Source: Paraspadella gotoi (lineage: Eukaryota; Animalia; Chaetognatha). From it: a DNA stretch of 64,000 nt. The position numbers were made by a program, and so were the translations under genes. The notes beneath the pieces were generated by a model. That model was given only the letters and a program-made list of their open reading frames with translations, was not told the DNA's origin and did not search any database. Shown one piece after another: positions 62,359 to 64,000 of the stretch (position 1 is the stretch's first letter; the number at the start of each line of letters is the position of its first letter). The stretch lies in assembly GCA_051294375.1 (NCBI GenBank), contig CM119270.1:1083238-1147237 (forward strand), read 5' to 3'.

Positions 62359-63234
62359 GAGGAGAAGAGAGGAGGGGGAGTGGGATATAAAGATAGAAGA
62401 GTTGGAATGGAATGGATAATCAAAAAAAGAGTGCAAAAGAGGAAGTTTGAGTTCCAGAGGGAGATGAGAGATGAAGCGACCAAGAATGCGACGGATAAAA
62501 CTTTTTCTTTTTCATCCACAAACTTTTTTTCCACGGAGTTCCGGAAAAGATTTTCGTACCCATTCACCAGCCTAAATGTTTTAAGGTTTTTCGGTCGTAG
62601 CTAATTAAATATACTATGTATTCCACTGTCAAAAAAAAAGCACGTACATTCGTACAAAAAAATCATTTTCAAGTATTTCCCCCTTTGACTCCCGATTTGG
62701 ACCCTGACTGGATTAATCTTTGTTTTCGATCGCGGATCATCAACAGTTAATTCTCAATATATCGTGGAATTTGGCCGATTTACGGTGAATATTTAGAAGG
62801 GAGGTGATTACTGTACACGTATTCGTAGAGGGGGCCAATTTTATATATATACGTGTGATTTACATCTCAAATATTGCTGACGTCTACAATTATGTGAATC
62901 CTACCGAATTATATACAACATTATTTGGATTTAAGTTGATATTTATCATTTACATATTTTTTTTTTCAGTGGCAGGATCGGAAAAAAATTGATCGTTAAT
63001 TTAGTTAGCTAATTAATGAGCTAATTTTTTTCAAGAAAACGAAAGTGACTTTTTAGTGGACGAAATTATATTAAAATAAACAATTCCTTAGTTATAATAT
63101 TAATCCACTGAGTTAAAATATAAATTATAATCATAATTTGACCTAATGATAAACTAAACCAGTGGCTGCGCCAATACATGTAAATCGCTTTCAAGGGCTT
63201 AAACTGAACTGTTACTGCGTCAATAATAATATTT

Positions 63235-63432
63235 TTTTAAATTTGTATCATTTTTTTATTTTTTTAACTTTTATTATTTTTTAACTTGTATCATTTTTTC
63301 AACTTGTATATTTTTTTCAACTTGCATACTTTTTTTAACTTATATAATTTTTTCAATTATATAATTTTTTTAACTTGTATAATTTTTTTAACTTGCATAA
63401 TTTTTTCAACTTGCAGCATTTTTTCAACTTTC
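63235..63432. repeat. ~19-bp AT-rich tandem repeat (TTTTTCAACTTGTATAA-like)
   Basis: About 10 degenerate copies are visible. Confidence 0.85.
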
Positions 63433-64000
63433 AACTATCTAGTAATCAAGTTACATTAATGAGGAAGTTGAAATGTATGTCTATTTTTTTTGTTTCATAT
63501 CAATTTAAATATTTTTTGTTTCAATTTTTATTTAATTATTATTTACTGCAATATGCAAATTAGATTACAATATTTTTTCATTAATTTTTTTTTATAGTAA
63601 GGATTGGTGAGATCGTTATATTTTAAAAAAAATTTTTTTATATATTGTTTAAATTCTTTTGTATTTTTTTTGCATATAGGTCATCATTAAAAGATATGAA
63701 AAAAATAAAATGAATAATTTTACATATTTTTATATTTTATAAAAATATTTAAAACATTTTTAAAAATATTTACAAAAAAAAAAAACTTGCTAATTTGTTG
63801 AAAAGCAGGTGCAAGTGAAGATCTAGTGGGTGCAGATAAAATTTTTTGAATGTGCCTTTCATTTACAAAAGGCTTCTTGTTTTGTAAAGCCTTCTAGTAA
63901 AATAGGGTAAAAATATAAAGAAGATTTAATAAGACTGTTCTTTTGTTTCGGTAAAGATATACTAAAATTAAATGTTATTATTATTTTATTTTAAAAACGC

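Overview
This is a gene-dense window from a eukaryotic, most likely invertebrate animal, genome with GC/CpG-rich exons and AT-rich spliceosomal introns. Nine unrelated genes lie head-to-tail on the + strand: NMNAT, an intronless multi-C2H2/AT-hook zinc-finger gene, MAGE/NSE3, NSA2, GCLM, RAB3GAP2, VPS33A, a ~30 kb HECTD1 and an MBOAT1/2-like acyltransferase. Several stop-to-start gaps are only 209-480 bp. A four-exon FLYWCH+C2H2 zinc-finger gene is nested antisense in a HECTD1 intron. Main non-genic observations: (1) an operon-like layout with orphan splice acceptors, possibly SL trans-splicing; (2) a dispersed ATGCAAAT-containing motif whose orientation tracks its position in introns; (3) two families of multi-hairpin repeats with strand-biased G-U pairs and hairpin-bounded micro-inversions between copies; (4) a 3'-half tRNA-Leu with encoded CCA fused to LTR-like DNA; (5) tandem repeats built from exon/intron junctions; (6) an in-frame NLS-encoding exitron candidate in RAB3GAP2. 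Gene names come from recognising protein motifs and exon borders were read by eye. No database search or folding program was run.
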